Part shown: positions 18,410 through 27,461 of the stretch, piece after piece
How the letters are laid out: the number at the start of each line of letters is the position of its first letter
Position numbering within the stretch: the first letter of the stretch is position 1
NCBI GenBank assembly: GCA_029261065.1
Contig: JAJDCB010000006.1
Location: forward strand, 284-64,283
DNA length: 64,000 nucleotides
DNA from: Candidatus Omnitrophota bacterium
GTDB lineage: Bacteria > Omnitrophota > Gorgyraeia > Zapsychrales > Zapsychraceae
Direction of reading: 5' to 3'
The notes under the pieces: generated by a model
Database searches by the model: none
Told to the model about the DNA's origin: nothing
What the model saw: the letters and a program-made list of their open reading frames with translations, nothing else
Position numbers and translations under genes: made by a program

Positions 18410-21400
18410 CTATCTCTTATCTTTCTTCCTTAACTGCTCCTCGATAAATTCATAGGCCCCTACATCCAACGTTAAATCATCAAAAGCAGACGCATCTGTT
18501 TCTGTGATGGGATGATAGGCATATAACCCAATCTTTTGTGCTGGTTCAACGCTGACAAATTGACTGGGTTCAAGGATTTCATAATAGACTCTTAACTCAT
18601 CAATCATATTCTCAAAAGTTTGTGGCACATTTGGGAATAAGATATCGAAAGGACCAACGGTGATAGGGTCAGCAATATTACCTGCTCTATCAACGATCCC
18701 ATCGGATGTGACAAAGAGTCCTATTCCAGGTCCATCAACAGTTTTAGTGGCCATTGCGGTCTCTAAAAATCCTTCTGTTGGAAAACCTGACATGTTATCC
18801 TCGGCATTAAAAGGAACAGAGACTGAAGATTGATAAATGCCATTAGACCCTAAGAGTCCAATGGGTCTTCCAGCCAAGATAACTGGTTTTGTCATATCAA
18901 CATAGTATGGTCCAACATGAACAGTGTCAGAGACAATAGCTTCTTCGATCCCTGCAAATGCTTTATCAAAGCCATTGCGATCTAACATCGCTTCACGGGC
19001 CGCAAGTATATGAAAATTCCAGTTGTCATTGTCAAAAAGTACAGGTAACGCGGTTGAGAAAACCCAATCTCCACTTGGAGTAAGGCGAACATCATAAGGA
19101 TCTCCATTGTTATCTGGAATGGTGAAAGAGTTGGTATCAAAGACATAACTGAAATCAAACATGGCATAGCCAAGATCGATTTCTTCTTCGGGTAACAATG
19201 TACCAACTTCTCCATTTGGTGCTTGTAGATCAATATGACGAGCAATGACATCGTAATCATTTGGGACAACACTTAAATCACCATCAACAATGGAACCCAA
19301 ATGAGATGTCATCTGGACATTACCGTTGCCAGCATCCACCAAGGCTAAAATGATGTCATCATTCGCTAAAATGGTCGCATCACCGTCGCTGGTATGGACA
19401 AGAGTGTCTTCCGCCATTTCGTACCCCTTATCGGCGGTGGCTGTATATTGATACAACCCTTCCCCAGCTTCGGGCAATCCCCACTCTACTTCAAAAAGAT
19501 CTTCGTTTGTCCAGATCGCAATATCATGTGACGTACTGTGAACATCGGATGGAGGATTAAGAACATCGCTCATCCTTTGTTGAATATAGATATTGCCACG
19601 TTGCAACTGAACAATGTTTTCATCAGACACTAAAACAATGTCCCCATGGCCAATGATAGGGGTAAAGAGTGTTAGATTTCCATGGACTAAAAGATCGATT
19701 AATCCACCAGGAGCGCCATTATAAATTTCATAGCCTCCTATCACCCCTGGGTTTAATCCAGGTTCGAAGCTTAGATTATCGACAATAAGATCACCCATGT
19801 TTTCTAATTGGATACCTCCACTTGTTCCATTATAAGCAGTCAGTGCATTTGCTGTGACACGTAAACCGCTGTTAGGACTTGTTCCGCTTATCCCTGTGTT
19901 GGCTTTAAGCATCAAGTTATTGGCATTCACACCGCCATCCACTTGATAAATTTCACCAAGCTTAGCTGTAATAAAAATATTATCTAAAGAATTTAGCAGC
20001 GCACCTGGTGTTGTACTAACGACATCAAAAGTAAAATCGATCACAGCATCATCAAAATCTGCATCGCCTAATCCATAGATGTCTTCCCATCCGTATCTAT
20101 ATCTTTCTCCATCGATGACAACATGATTTAACCCATCATCATTATATTGTTCCTCGGTATGATATAACCAAGCAGACATGTTAGAATTGTCATTAGGATG
20201 TACGTAGGTATTTGCACCTTGATTAAAAACGGTGTAGAGTTCGAAATAATCCAAAGGTCGATAAACTAATCCAGTCCCTTCTGTTTGAGATACGCCATCT
20301 TTACCAATATCTGGGCCTATGACAAATGGAACATATACTAGATCGTTATTTTGGTCTATGTCATAATAACCATAAGCACCTAACGCATAACCTCGAGTAT
20401 CTGTTATATATTCCCATTCGTATCTTAATAACTCATCGGTGTCATGAGAGCCTAGATAAACATTATTGCCAGCGAAGATGTCAATGACTCCTTCTTGAAC
20501 ATCGATTATTGTATTATTACCAACGGTATAATCCAACTTCGCAAATCCAAGAAAATTGTCCCCCTTTGTTGTTACTTCATTCATAGGAAGATGAGCCACA
20601 TGTCCTTCTTGGGTGATAACACTTACCTTGCCTCCTCTTAACTGTCCTCCTACTTCAATATCTTTATTCGCTAAGAGAAGAATCTCTCCGGCATCTTCAA
20701 TGAGAGCTTCTGCTTCAATGATACCTTCATTGTTGATGGCTTTATCAAAAACGCCTGAAAGGATCTTTGCTGTTAATAACACTTTTCCGCCATTAGCATG
20801 AATTGTTCCCAAATTTTTCACAGCTACATGAGCGTTGTTAGGGTTCAAGGTTGTCCCTTTATCAATGACAACATTGATAAGTCCTCTCGCATCGAGAGAT
20901 AACGTCATTGCTTCTCCAGAAGCTAAGACGACAGAACCAAGTTGTGCATTAATAATTCCAGTGTTCATGACACTTGCTCCTAGTAAGGCAACATATCCAC
21001 CAGGAGATGTTATCAATCCTTGATTAAGAACATAACTGCCTTGACCAGTAAAACGATGAATCCCGTCAATAAAGTCGCTGTAACTCATATCTAACGTTGA
21101 GGCGACAATTCCGGCGGCATCAACGGTACTTCCTGGTCCAAAAACAATTCCATTAGGATTAATCAAAAAAATTTGGCCGGTCGCTTCTAAGTGGCCAAGA
21201 ATAGACGAAGGATCTATTCCAACAACTTTATTTAAAGCGGCACTCGTAGAACTGGGTTGATGAAAAAAAACACCTTCATCCAAACCAATGGAGAAGTCTT
21301 TGTACTCAACGATCAATTTGTCAGAATTTTGATTTACATGAAGCTCGTTGGTTTGGGACCAATCAAAATCGGCATCGCCTGAAAATTTGTTTAGACCTTC

Positions 21401-21484
21401 AGGCAGAGCGTAAACTTCTAATGGAGCTAAAACAAAGAAAAATGCTGCAACAATCGCTACAATTTTTTTCGATTCTCTTTTCAT
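18410..21484 (-). CDS. TpsA filamentous-haemagglutinin-family exoprotein with an internal DUF4114-like domain
   Basis: Signal peptide; TPS domain FSIG...ALNKV...SSILG...GQIFLINPNGIVFG; beta-helix repeats; YGWEDIYGLGDADFDDAV motif. Confidence 0.88.
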   Translation of the reverse strand: MKRESKKIVAIVAAFFFVLAPLEVYALPEGLNKFSGDADFDWSQTNELHVNQNSDKLIVEYKDFSIGLDEGVFFHQPSSTSAALNKVVGIDPSSILGHLEATGQIFLINPNGIVFGPGSTVDAAGIVASTLDMSYSDFIDGIHRFTGQGSYVLNQGLITSPGGYVALLGASVMNTGIINAQLGSVVLASGEAMTLSLDARGLINVVIDKGTTLNPNNAHVAVKNLGTIHANGGKVLLTAKILSGVFDKAINNEGIIEAEALIEDAGEILLLANKDIEVGGQLRGGKVSVITQEGHVAHLPMNEVTTKGDNFLGFAKLDYTVGNNTIIDVQEGVIDIFAGNNVYLGSHDTDELLRYEWEYITDTRGYALGAYGYYDIDQNNDLVYVPFVIGPDIGKDGVSQTEGTGLVYRPLDYFELYTVFNQGANTYVHPNDNSNMSAWLYHTEEQYNDDGLNHVVIDGERYRYGWEDIYGLGDADFDDAVIDFTFDVVSTTPGALLNSLDNIFITAKLGEIYQVDGGVNANNLMLKANTGISGTSPNSGLRVTANALTAYNGTSGGIQLENMGDLIVDNLSFEPGLNPGVIGGYEIYNGAPGGLIDLLVHGNLTLFTPIIGHGDIVLVSDENIVQLQRGNIYIQQRMSDVLNPPSDVHSTSHDIAIWTNEDLFEVEWGLPEAGEGLYQYTATADKGYEMAEDTLVHTSDGDATILANDDIILALVDAGNGNVQMTSHLGSIVDGDLSVVPNDYDVIARHIDLQAPNGEVGTLLPEEEIDLGYAMFDFSYVFDTNSFTIPDNNGDPYDVRLTPSGDWVFSTALPVLFDNDNWNFHILAAREAMLDRNGFDKAFAGIEEAIVSDTVHVGPYYVDMTKPVILAGRPIGLLGSNGIYQSSVSVPFNAEDNMSGFPTEGFLETAMATKTVDGPGIGLFVTSDGIVDRAGNIADPITVGPFDILFPNVPQTFENMIDELRVYYEILEPSQFVSVEPAQKIGLYAYHPITETDASAFDDLTLDVGAYEFIEEQLRKKDKR

Positions 21485-21586
21485 CTCGCACCTCCTTTCT
21501 TCATATTTTTTCTCGGTTTTAAATAGTTTAACTCTAACTACTTTCCTTCCTGATTGTATTTTCTACCTAAGCTTACAATGTGTATA

Positions 21587-21624
21587 GTGTCTCTTATACG
21601 CACAAGGTTAAGTAATTGTACTCA
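21587..21624 (-). promoter_or_regulatory. Palindromic activator box upstream of tpsA (regulon site 3)
   Basis: TAAGTA-attg-TACTCA 21609-21624; TACGCA half-site 22 bp proximal. Confidence 0.55.
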
Positions 21625-21649
21625 ACATAGACGACTATAATTATTAAAT

Positions 21650-21853
21650 TTAATCGTTTGAAGGTTGGGGAGGTATGGGTGGGGTCTCAATGGGTTCGCA
21701 GGGTTGAGAAGGTTGTTCGATAGGTTGTGGCTCACGTGGTGTTGGTTCTGGTTGTGGTGGCGGTGTTGAAGGAGGTTCCTTTGAAGGTTGCTCCTCTGGA
21801 TTTTGATCATTTAATATTATAGGATTTCTAAAAAACACTTTATCGTTCATCAC
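21650..21853 (-). CDS. Pro/Glu/Gln-rich microprotein
   Basis: AAAGGAG RBS; low-complexity PPSTPPPQPEPTPREPQP. Confidence 0.55.
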   Translation of the reverse strand: MMNDKVFFRNPIILNDQNPEEQPSKEPPSTPPPQPEPTPREPQPIEQPSQPCEPIETPPIPPQPSND

Positions 21854-21869
21854 AACAAACTCCTTTTCT

Positions 21870-22058
21870 TTAATTCATTGAGCTATCAACGTCTTTTTTA
21901 AGTTTTTTACGTTTTCTTAGCAACTGATAAAATTTTCTATGACTCTCTTCTTTTTTACAGTATTGATTAAAAACGTCACAGATATAACAAAAATTACGTT
22001 CGTATTCATCTACTACTTCTAATATTTCTTTCCATCGATGATACACCATCTCCCACAC
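21870..22058 (-). CDS. Small hypothetical protein
   Basis: GTG start with GAGAGGGGG RBS; CxxC (CYIC); basic C-terminus; first gene after regulon site 4. Confidence 0.45.
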   Translation of the reverse strand: MWEMVYHRWKEILEVVDEYERNFCYICDVFNQYCKKEESHRKFYQLLRKRKKLKKDVDSSMN

Positions 22059-22109
22059 CCCCTCTCTTCATTTTGTGTGACGCACATAAGTAATCCTGTC
22101 TCTAGTTAT

Positions 22110-22175
22110 ATTCTACATAATAAACAGAACACGCCAATTAGATGAACTACTTATGCTGTTGAGTAAAATTACTTA
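22110..22175 (-). promoter_or_regulatory. Paired palindromic activator boxes plus -10 (regulon site 4)
   Basis: TGAGTA-aaat-TACTTA 22160-22175; TTAGAT-gaac-TACTTA 22138-22153; TAGAAT (minus) 22110-22115. Confidence 0.65.
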
Positions 22176-22206
22176 TTCATTGGCAGACGTCGAATAAAGG
22201 AGTGGA

Positions 22207-22578
22207 TTAGTGGGGTTGATGAGCAAGGATGTGTTTTAAGGATTCAATAAAATGGCTCGCTTGTACCTTTGTTAATGCCTCAGGATTTTCGATGTGATAA
22301 TACTTGTGCAAAAAGTTTCTTATATGTTCTTGGCTCCAGCCCGTATCTTTCAAGAGATGCTGAATATAAAATTTCTGTTTAATGGTCATCCCATGTCGAT
22401 TGACATGATAATGTTGACTGCGCACAAAATAATTCATTAACTTTTTAAATTTTTCTTCCGTCAAATCTTTAGCACTATGTACCCCTGCTGCCTTATAGAG
22501 CATATCCCTATAATCCTGATCACTTAAATTAAGTTCTTTTTTGATAATGTGGATCAAAGCTAATTTTTTCTTGTCCAT
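22207..22578 (-). CDS. GemA/Mu gp16-like (DUF1018) regulatory protein
   Basis: LALIHIIKKELNLSDQDYRDML...SAKDLT...QASHFIESLK is the GemA family pattern. Confidence 0.8.
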   Translation of the reverse strand: MDKKKLALIHIIKKELNLSDQDYRDMLYKAAGVHSAKDLTEEKFKKLMNYFVRSQHYHVNRHGMTIKQKFYIQHLLKDTGWSQEHIRNFLHKYYHIENPEALTKVQASHFIESLKHILAHQPH

Positions 22579-22614
22579 GGTTAAATCCTATATAAACACC
22601 CATAAAAATGATTA

Positions 22615-23202
22615 TCACTCTTCCTGATTTTTGATCTCAGATGAAAAACTACGGATATAACGGATCACATGCCAAATTTCTTCTTCGCTTAGAGAATCGC
22701 CATCCCAAAATGCGGGCATAGGCCAGCTGCCTTCTGTAATCTTCCAGAACAAATCCCCATCACTTTTCTTTCTCAGTTGCGTATTTGTCAAATTTGCTAC
22801 GCGCTTTCCAAAAGATTGTGCAGCGACTCCTTGCCCACGACCATCTTCCCCGTGGCAGACTAAACAATTCAAGGCATATATTTTTTTTCCTTCTTCCCTG
22901 CTTTCTTGCGAAGTGGATACTGGATTTTTTCTTTGAGAATATTCAACAGGAGCTTGCCATAGCGTCAAATCATCAATTTCTTCGTCCGTCTTTTTTTCAT
23001 GAATATCTTTGTCCAATTCTTTCATTTCCGCTTTAATACAACGCAACATCACACCATGCTTCCCATTTAAACATTCGCTAATGATCTCAGGTGTTGTGTG
23101 TTCTTGCTCTAAAACTCTTATGACACTGTATGCATCACCAGAAACAAATAAATATAAAAGGACACTTATCATACATAAAATATACGTTTTAACTTTCATC
23201 AT
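22615..23202 (-). CDS. Exported monoheme cytochrome c
   Basis: Signal/TM; GKKIYALNCLVCHG (CxxCH); DGDLFWKITEG...MPAF axial Met. Confidence 0.9.
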   Translation of the reverse strand: MMKVKTYILCMISVLLYLFVSGDAYSVIRVLEQEHTTPEIISECLNGKHGVMLRCIKAEMKELDKDIHEKKTDEEIDDLTLWQAPVEYSQRKNPVSTSQESREEGKKIYALNCLVCHGEDGRGQGVAAQSFGKRVANLTNTQLRKKSDGDLFWKITEGSWPMPAFWDGDSLSEEEIWHVIRYIRSFSSEIKNQEE

Positions 23203-23366
23203 TGAACCTCTTTATTAGATTAGACATTTAATAACACGGCACATCTTTATGTGCCATGACAGATGGATTGATAAATAATAAGCCCTACAAGGATAAACAA
23301 CAGCGTCAAGCCTAATGTCTTTATAAGCACATTTCCTTTTTTCATAAAGTTTTTTCTTTCCCTTAA

Positions 23367-23624
23367 CTAACCCTTCATCAATACTTTGTTCTTTCGCCGT
23401 CTAAAATGACGAAACCGTAACTTTCGCTCATGCGCCTGTTCTACTTCTCGTTCATCCCGTAGTTCATCATCCCAATCATGACCGTGTTCTTTTCCTCCAT
23501 GATCATGATGCACATAGGCCTTGGCGATAAGTTTTTCCTGAATGTCTTCAGGATCTTCTAAAAACCTCATAAAAGAACGACTTTTTAATCTGTTTAATTT
23601 TTTAGAATTTTTTAACATGATCAT
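23367..23624 (-). CDS. Small charged hypothetical protein
   Basis: Overlaps the stop of the upstream PRTase (ATGA); His-rich centre, Arg/Lys-rich tail. Confidence 0.5.
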   Translation of the reverse strand: MIMLKNSKKLNRLKSRSFMRFLEDPEDIQEKLIAKAYVHHDHGGKEHGHDWDDELRDEREVEQAHERKLRFRHFRRRKNKVLMKG

Positions 23625-24331
23625 GCTCCCTTCTTTAAAAGTTCCAACACCTCACTGTCTTGAACCTGATTAAATTGCTTATAATATTGACTCACCGAAC
23701 CAAACAATAAAGGGACACGCAAACAAATCAATTGATCAGCTTGCTCTGCTAATTTTTCAAGAACCTCTTCTGGCCCTACAGGAAGGGCAACAATAATTTT
23801 TTTGGGGGCCTCTTGTTGTACACACCATAACGCCGCTTGCATGGTGGATCCTGTCGCAATACCATCATCTGTAATAATAACGGTTTTTCCCTTTAATAAA
23901 ATTTTGGGATGAATATCACGAATCATACCGCAACGCTGTTGAATATCTGCTAGCTGACGTTCTTTTTGGGTAGCGATATAACCTGGCGGAACAGACAATT
24001 GTCTTGCAAGACCCTCATTAAGAAAAACTTCCCCCTCTTCTCCGACCGCGCCTATGGCTAATTCTTGATTACCAGGAGCACCAAGTTTATGCGTGAAAAC
24101 AAGATCAAACTCTACACCTAAAACCTGAGCTATTTCATGAGCAATAATAACTCCTCCACGAGGAATACCAAGAACAACACCATGAGTCACATGTTGTTTT
24201 TTTAATTCCTCCCCCAATAGCCTACCCGCTTGCCTACGATTTTCAAAAGGTTCTCCCTGACGAGAAACAACATGTAGCCTTTGATTCTCATTGGAGTTCT
24301 TCTTAAAACAACGATTCTTTGTTTTATTCAT
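23621..24331 (-). CDS. Type I phosphoribosyltransferase family protein (COG1926-like)
   Basis: FENRRQAGRLL, LGIPRGG, PRPP motif VIITDDGIATGST. Confidence 0.9.
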   Translation of the reverse strand: MNKTKNRCFKKNSNENQRLHVVSRQGEPFENRRQAGRLLGEELKKQHVTHGVVLGIPRGGVIIAHEIAQVLGVEFDLVFTHKLGAPGNQELAIGAVGEEGEVFLNEGLARQLSVPPGYIATQKERQLADIQQRCGMIRDIHPKILLKGKTVIITDDGIATGSTMQAALWCVQQEAPKKIIVALPVGPEEVLEKLAEQADQLICLRVPLLFGSVSQYYKQFNQVQDSEVLELLKKGA

Positions 24332-24333
24332 GA

Positions 24334-24591
24334 TTAATTCCCTTCATAGCGTGACTCTGAATACTCAAACTCTATAATCAGATCTTCTCTTTTTGCTCTT
24401 ACAATATAATTCTCACCTTCCATAGACTTAATCTCAATATCCCTTTGATGAAGTAATTGTGCCAAACTGAGATTGACAAGATCACAAGAATCTCCTAAAT
24501 ATTTTGCTATATCATTTACACTAATAGGCGTATGTATATAATCCAACAATGTCAAAATTCTTTTTTCAATATCAGCATTTTTTTCTAACAT
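24334..24591 (-). CDS. Small winged-HTH-like hypothetical protein
   Basis: ILTLL...ISVNDIAKYLG...VNLSLAQL pattern; AAGGAGG RBS. Confidence 0.55.
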   Translation of the reverse strand: MLEKNADIEKRILTLLDYIHTPISVNDIAKYLGDSCDLVNLSLAQLLHQRDIEIKSMEGENYIVRAKREDLIIEFEYSESRYEGN

Positions 24592-24740
24592 TTTAGTCCC
24601 TCCTTATTAGTCTATCGCTTAGCACTCCTTTTTTAATTATTTATTCTGAGTAAAGTAAATGTTCTACAATAATCAAAGGATCTCGCCCTTATCCATCTTG
24701 CTCTCCTTTCAGGCTCATCTTTTCTTCAACGCCCCTTATT

Positions 24741-25106
24741 TCATAGTTGTCTTTCAATAATCGGGATCAATTCTTCAATAATTTTATTCTTATCCATAAA
24801 AACAAATGTGCTGTTATCTCTTCTTCTTTTCTGATAAACTTCTACCCCTTCATTAGTCAAAATAATACTTTTACACTGCGCAAGCTTCTCACTAATACTC
24901 GCGGCGACTCTAAGACCTTCCAACTCTATATCAATAAGCGCTATATCTGGATGTTCCTTTAATGCTTCTTTAATACCTCGATCACCAGACGACACACCAA
25001 AAATTTTAACATTTACTATCTTTCTCTTAATATAGTTTATTAAACTCCTTCTAAACTCATCGTGACCATCAATAATTAAAATTTTTTTTATTTGTGTGCT
25101 AACCAT
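24741..25106 (-). CDS. Stand-alone receiver (REC) domain protein, partly degenerate
   Basis: KILIIDGH, PDIALIDI (phospho-Asp kept), IILT, MDK. Confidence 0.75.
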   Translation of the reverse strand: MVSTQIKKILIIDGHDEFRRSLINYIKRKIVNVKIFGVSSGDRGIKEALKEHPDIALIDIELEGLRVAASISEKLAQCKSIILTNEGVEVYQKRRRDNSTFVFMDKNKIIEELIPIIERQL

Positions 25107-25132
25107 ACCCTACAACCCCTCCTTTTAACTAT

Positions 25133-25199
25133 ACTTTACCCTTAAGCAATCACTTTGAAAATTCGATGAATTACTTAAAATATTAGGTAGAACTACCCG
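25133..25199 (-). promoter_or_regulatory. Paired palindromic activator boxes plus -10 (regulon site 5)
   Basis: TAGGTA-gaac-TACCCG 25184-25199; TTCGAT-gaat-TACTTA 25162-25177; TAAAGT (minus) 25133-25138. Confidence 0.6.
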
Positions 25200-25233
25200 T
25201 ATTTAGGAATAAGACTCTATAAGACTCTTAAAA

Positions 25234-25878
25234 TTAAGTTAAACTTTTAGAGATGGCGTATTTGACAAGGCCGGCTGTGTTTTTTATGCCGAGTTTTTCG
25301 GTGAGATTAAAACGATGATTTTCAACAGTGCGGATACTAATCTTTAACTTAGTAGCAATATTTTTATTAGCTAAACCTTTGGCAATCAATTTTAAAACTT
25401 GCAACTCTCGTTTCGTAAGAATTTCCTCACAAGGATCATCTTCTTCATCGATAGATCTTAAAAATCTATCCGTTAATAAAATCGATACATTAGGTGAGAC
25501 AAATTGCTTTCCCTTAAGCAAGGCCTTCATAGCCGTAATAAGATGATGACACGCTTCTTCTTTAAGAAGATATCCCGATGCCCCTTTAGACATTGCTCGC
25601 TTGAAGTGTTCGTGATCTTTTAACATGCTCAAAATAAGGACCCTTGTTTTCGGATATTTCTTACGGATATGTTCTAACGCCGCCAAACCATCCATCCTTG
25701 GCATGGAGAGATCAAGAATGATGAGATCACATTTTGATGCATTCAATATTTCTAAAAGCTCCTCACCATCTCGCGCCTCCGCGACCACCTTAAACGTGGG
25801 TTCCTTCTCAATAAGACTCCTTATACCCGCTCGAACAATATCATGATCATCTGCTAAAATAATTTTGTACTTAGCCAT
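25234..25878 (-). CDS. NarL/FixJ (LuxR-HTH) family response regulator
   Basis: ILADDH, LDLSMPRMDG, LTKRELQVLKLIAKG..NKNIA..L.IS.RTVENHR. Confidence 0.95.
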   Translation of the reverse strand: MAKYKIILADDHDIVRAGIRSLIEKEPTFKVVAEARDGEELLEILNASKCDLIILDLSMPRMDGLAALEHIRKKYPKTRVLILSMLKDHEHFKRAMSKGASGYLLKEEACHHLITAMKALLKGKQFVSPNVSILLTDRFLRSIDEEDDPCEEILTKRELQVLKLIAKGLANKNIATKLKISIRTVENHRFNLTEKLGIKNTAGLVKYAISKSLT

Positions 25879-27346
25879 TTTCTTTCCCTTTCATTTTAAT
25901 AGGAATATCTAAATGAATACTTGTTCCCTCTTTGGGTGATGAGCTTATATTAAATTTAGCTTTTAACATTTTAGCTCTTTCACGCATGGTCAACAATCCT
26001 AACCCTATCTCCTTACCTTTTTTTCGTCGATACCCACGGCCATTATCTTTGATCACAACAGACAATCTGTTCTTTTGTCTTTTCATTTGAATATCAACTC
26101 TCGATGCTCGCGCATGTTTGAAAATGTTGGCCAAGGCCTCTTGAACAATCCGATAAAGGTTAATCGATTCAGCTTCAAACTGAAGAGAATCAATAGGACC
26201 ATGACGTAATTTTATAAGAATCTTTTTATCTTTTTGTTTTAATTGTTCCACAAGATTATCGAGAGAAGCCGACAAACCAATAGAAGAAATGGTTGTTGGA
26301 CGCAATCTGTGCGCGATATGCCTTGTCTTTTCTATGATACTATCTAAATAACTCATGCTTTCTTTGCAAGCCTTCTTTATGACATTAGCATCTGCCGTAT
26401 TATCCATTGCCACGGCATAGATATTCATCTTTAAAGCAATCAAAGACTGGCCAAGATCATCATGGATATCTCGAGAAATCCGATTCCGTTCCGTATCCTG
26501 AGCCTGTATAATTTTCTGAGGTATCTCTTTAATCAATTCCTCTGATTTTTTTGCCTCAGTAATATCTTGACCTGAACTAATAACACCAATCATGCGTTTA
26601 TCTTTATCATTGAGAATCGTATTATGCCAAGCGATAAGTTTTTCTTTTCCTGATTTTGTTCTCACCACATTCTCATAGAATTCATTAACTTGAATTTTAC
26701 CAGCCATTATTTCTTGGAAAATGGTTTTAGTCTTTTCCTTGTTATCCTCAGGTAAAAAATGATCAAACCAATTCTTTCCTAAAATTTGATTCTCAGAATA
26801 ACCTAACAACTCTGTTGCCCTTTTATTAATATTAATCACTTCCCCATTCTTGTTAAGAACCAGCATCATAACGTTGGCGACATCAAAATATTTTTTTGCC
26901 TTGTCTCGTTCAGAGCGCAACTCTATCTCTATTTCTTTACGTTTCGTAATATCATGACGAATGGCCACATATTGATAAGGATTTCCTTTGTCATCAAAAA
27001 ATGGAACAATGGTTGTATCGACCCAATAATAAGAGCCATCTTTAGCTTTATTTCTTATCTCCCCCTTCCAAACGTTGCCCTTGCTAATAACACTCCACAA
27101 ATCCCGCATAAACTTTTTTGGGTGATAACCGGAGTTAATAATACGATGATCTTGACCAATCAACTCTTTCTTAGGATATTTTGAAAGTTCACAGAATTGA
27201 TTATTCGCATAAATAATTATTCCCGTTTGATCTGTTATGGCGACAATCGCAGATTCATCGAGAGCAGACTTAATATCGGATAACTCTTTAAAAGCCGCCT
27301 GCAGAGCTTCTTTAGTTTTACTATATTTTTTAACGTGAGGTTTCAT
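25871..27346 (-). CDS. Cytoplasmic PAS-PAS histidine kinase (HisKA_3, NreB/NarX-type)
   Basis: No TM; two PAS/PAC domains; ERNRISRDIHDDLGQ H-box; QEALANIFKHA, DNGRG, GLGLLTMRERA. Confidence 0.93.
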   Translation of the reverse strand: MKPHVKKYSKTKEALQAAFKELSDIKSALDESAIVAITDQTGIIIYANNQFCELSKYPKKELIGQDHRIINSGYHPKKFMRDLWSVISKGNVWKGEIRNKAKDGSYYWVDTTIVPFFDDKGNPYQYVAIRHDITKRKEIEIELRSERDKAKKYFDVANVMMLVLNKNGEVININKRATELLGYSENQILGKNWFDHFLPEDNKEKTKTIFQEIMAGKIQVNEFYENVVRTKSGKEKLIAWHNTILNDKDKRMIGVISSGQDITEAKKSEELIKEIPQKIIQAQDTERNRISRDIHDDLGQSLIALKMNIYAVAMDNTADANVIKKACKESMSYLDSIIEKTRHIAHRLRPTTISSIGLSASLDNLVEQLKQKDKKILIKLRHGPIDSLQFEAESINLYRIVQEALANIFKHARASRVDIQMKRQKNRLSVVIKDNGRGYRRKKGKEIGLGLLTMRERAKMLKAKFNISSSPKEGTSIHLDIPIKMKGKENG

Positions 27347-27461
27347 GCGATCCCCAATCCGATCATCTTTTAAAAACGTTTATTGAGACACTAGAACAAG
27401 CTTATTTGAAGAGCCTCAAAAAAAACTTATCTTATAGTGTTGTACTTAAGTAATACAACAT

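Noticed and set aside
14333-21484. CDI toxin-immunity system (TpsA/TpsB plus 'YwqK antitoxin')
   Set aside because: No recognisable toxin tip or VENN motif, no small immunity gene after tpsA, and the MORN gene has its own promoter and a signal peptide.
21870-22578. Prophage around the GemA-like gene
   Set aside because: No integrase, transposase, terminase or structural genes.
23236-23256. Small hairpin GGCACAT-cttt-ATGTGCC upstream of the cytochrome c gene
   Set aside because: The 7-bp stem has no convincing U tract; I cannot distinguish terminator, operator or chance.
24592-24740. Unused AAGGAG sites and tiny ORFs (MDKGEIL, MSLKGEQDG)
   Set aside because: Too short to support; possibly decayed sequence.
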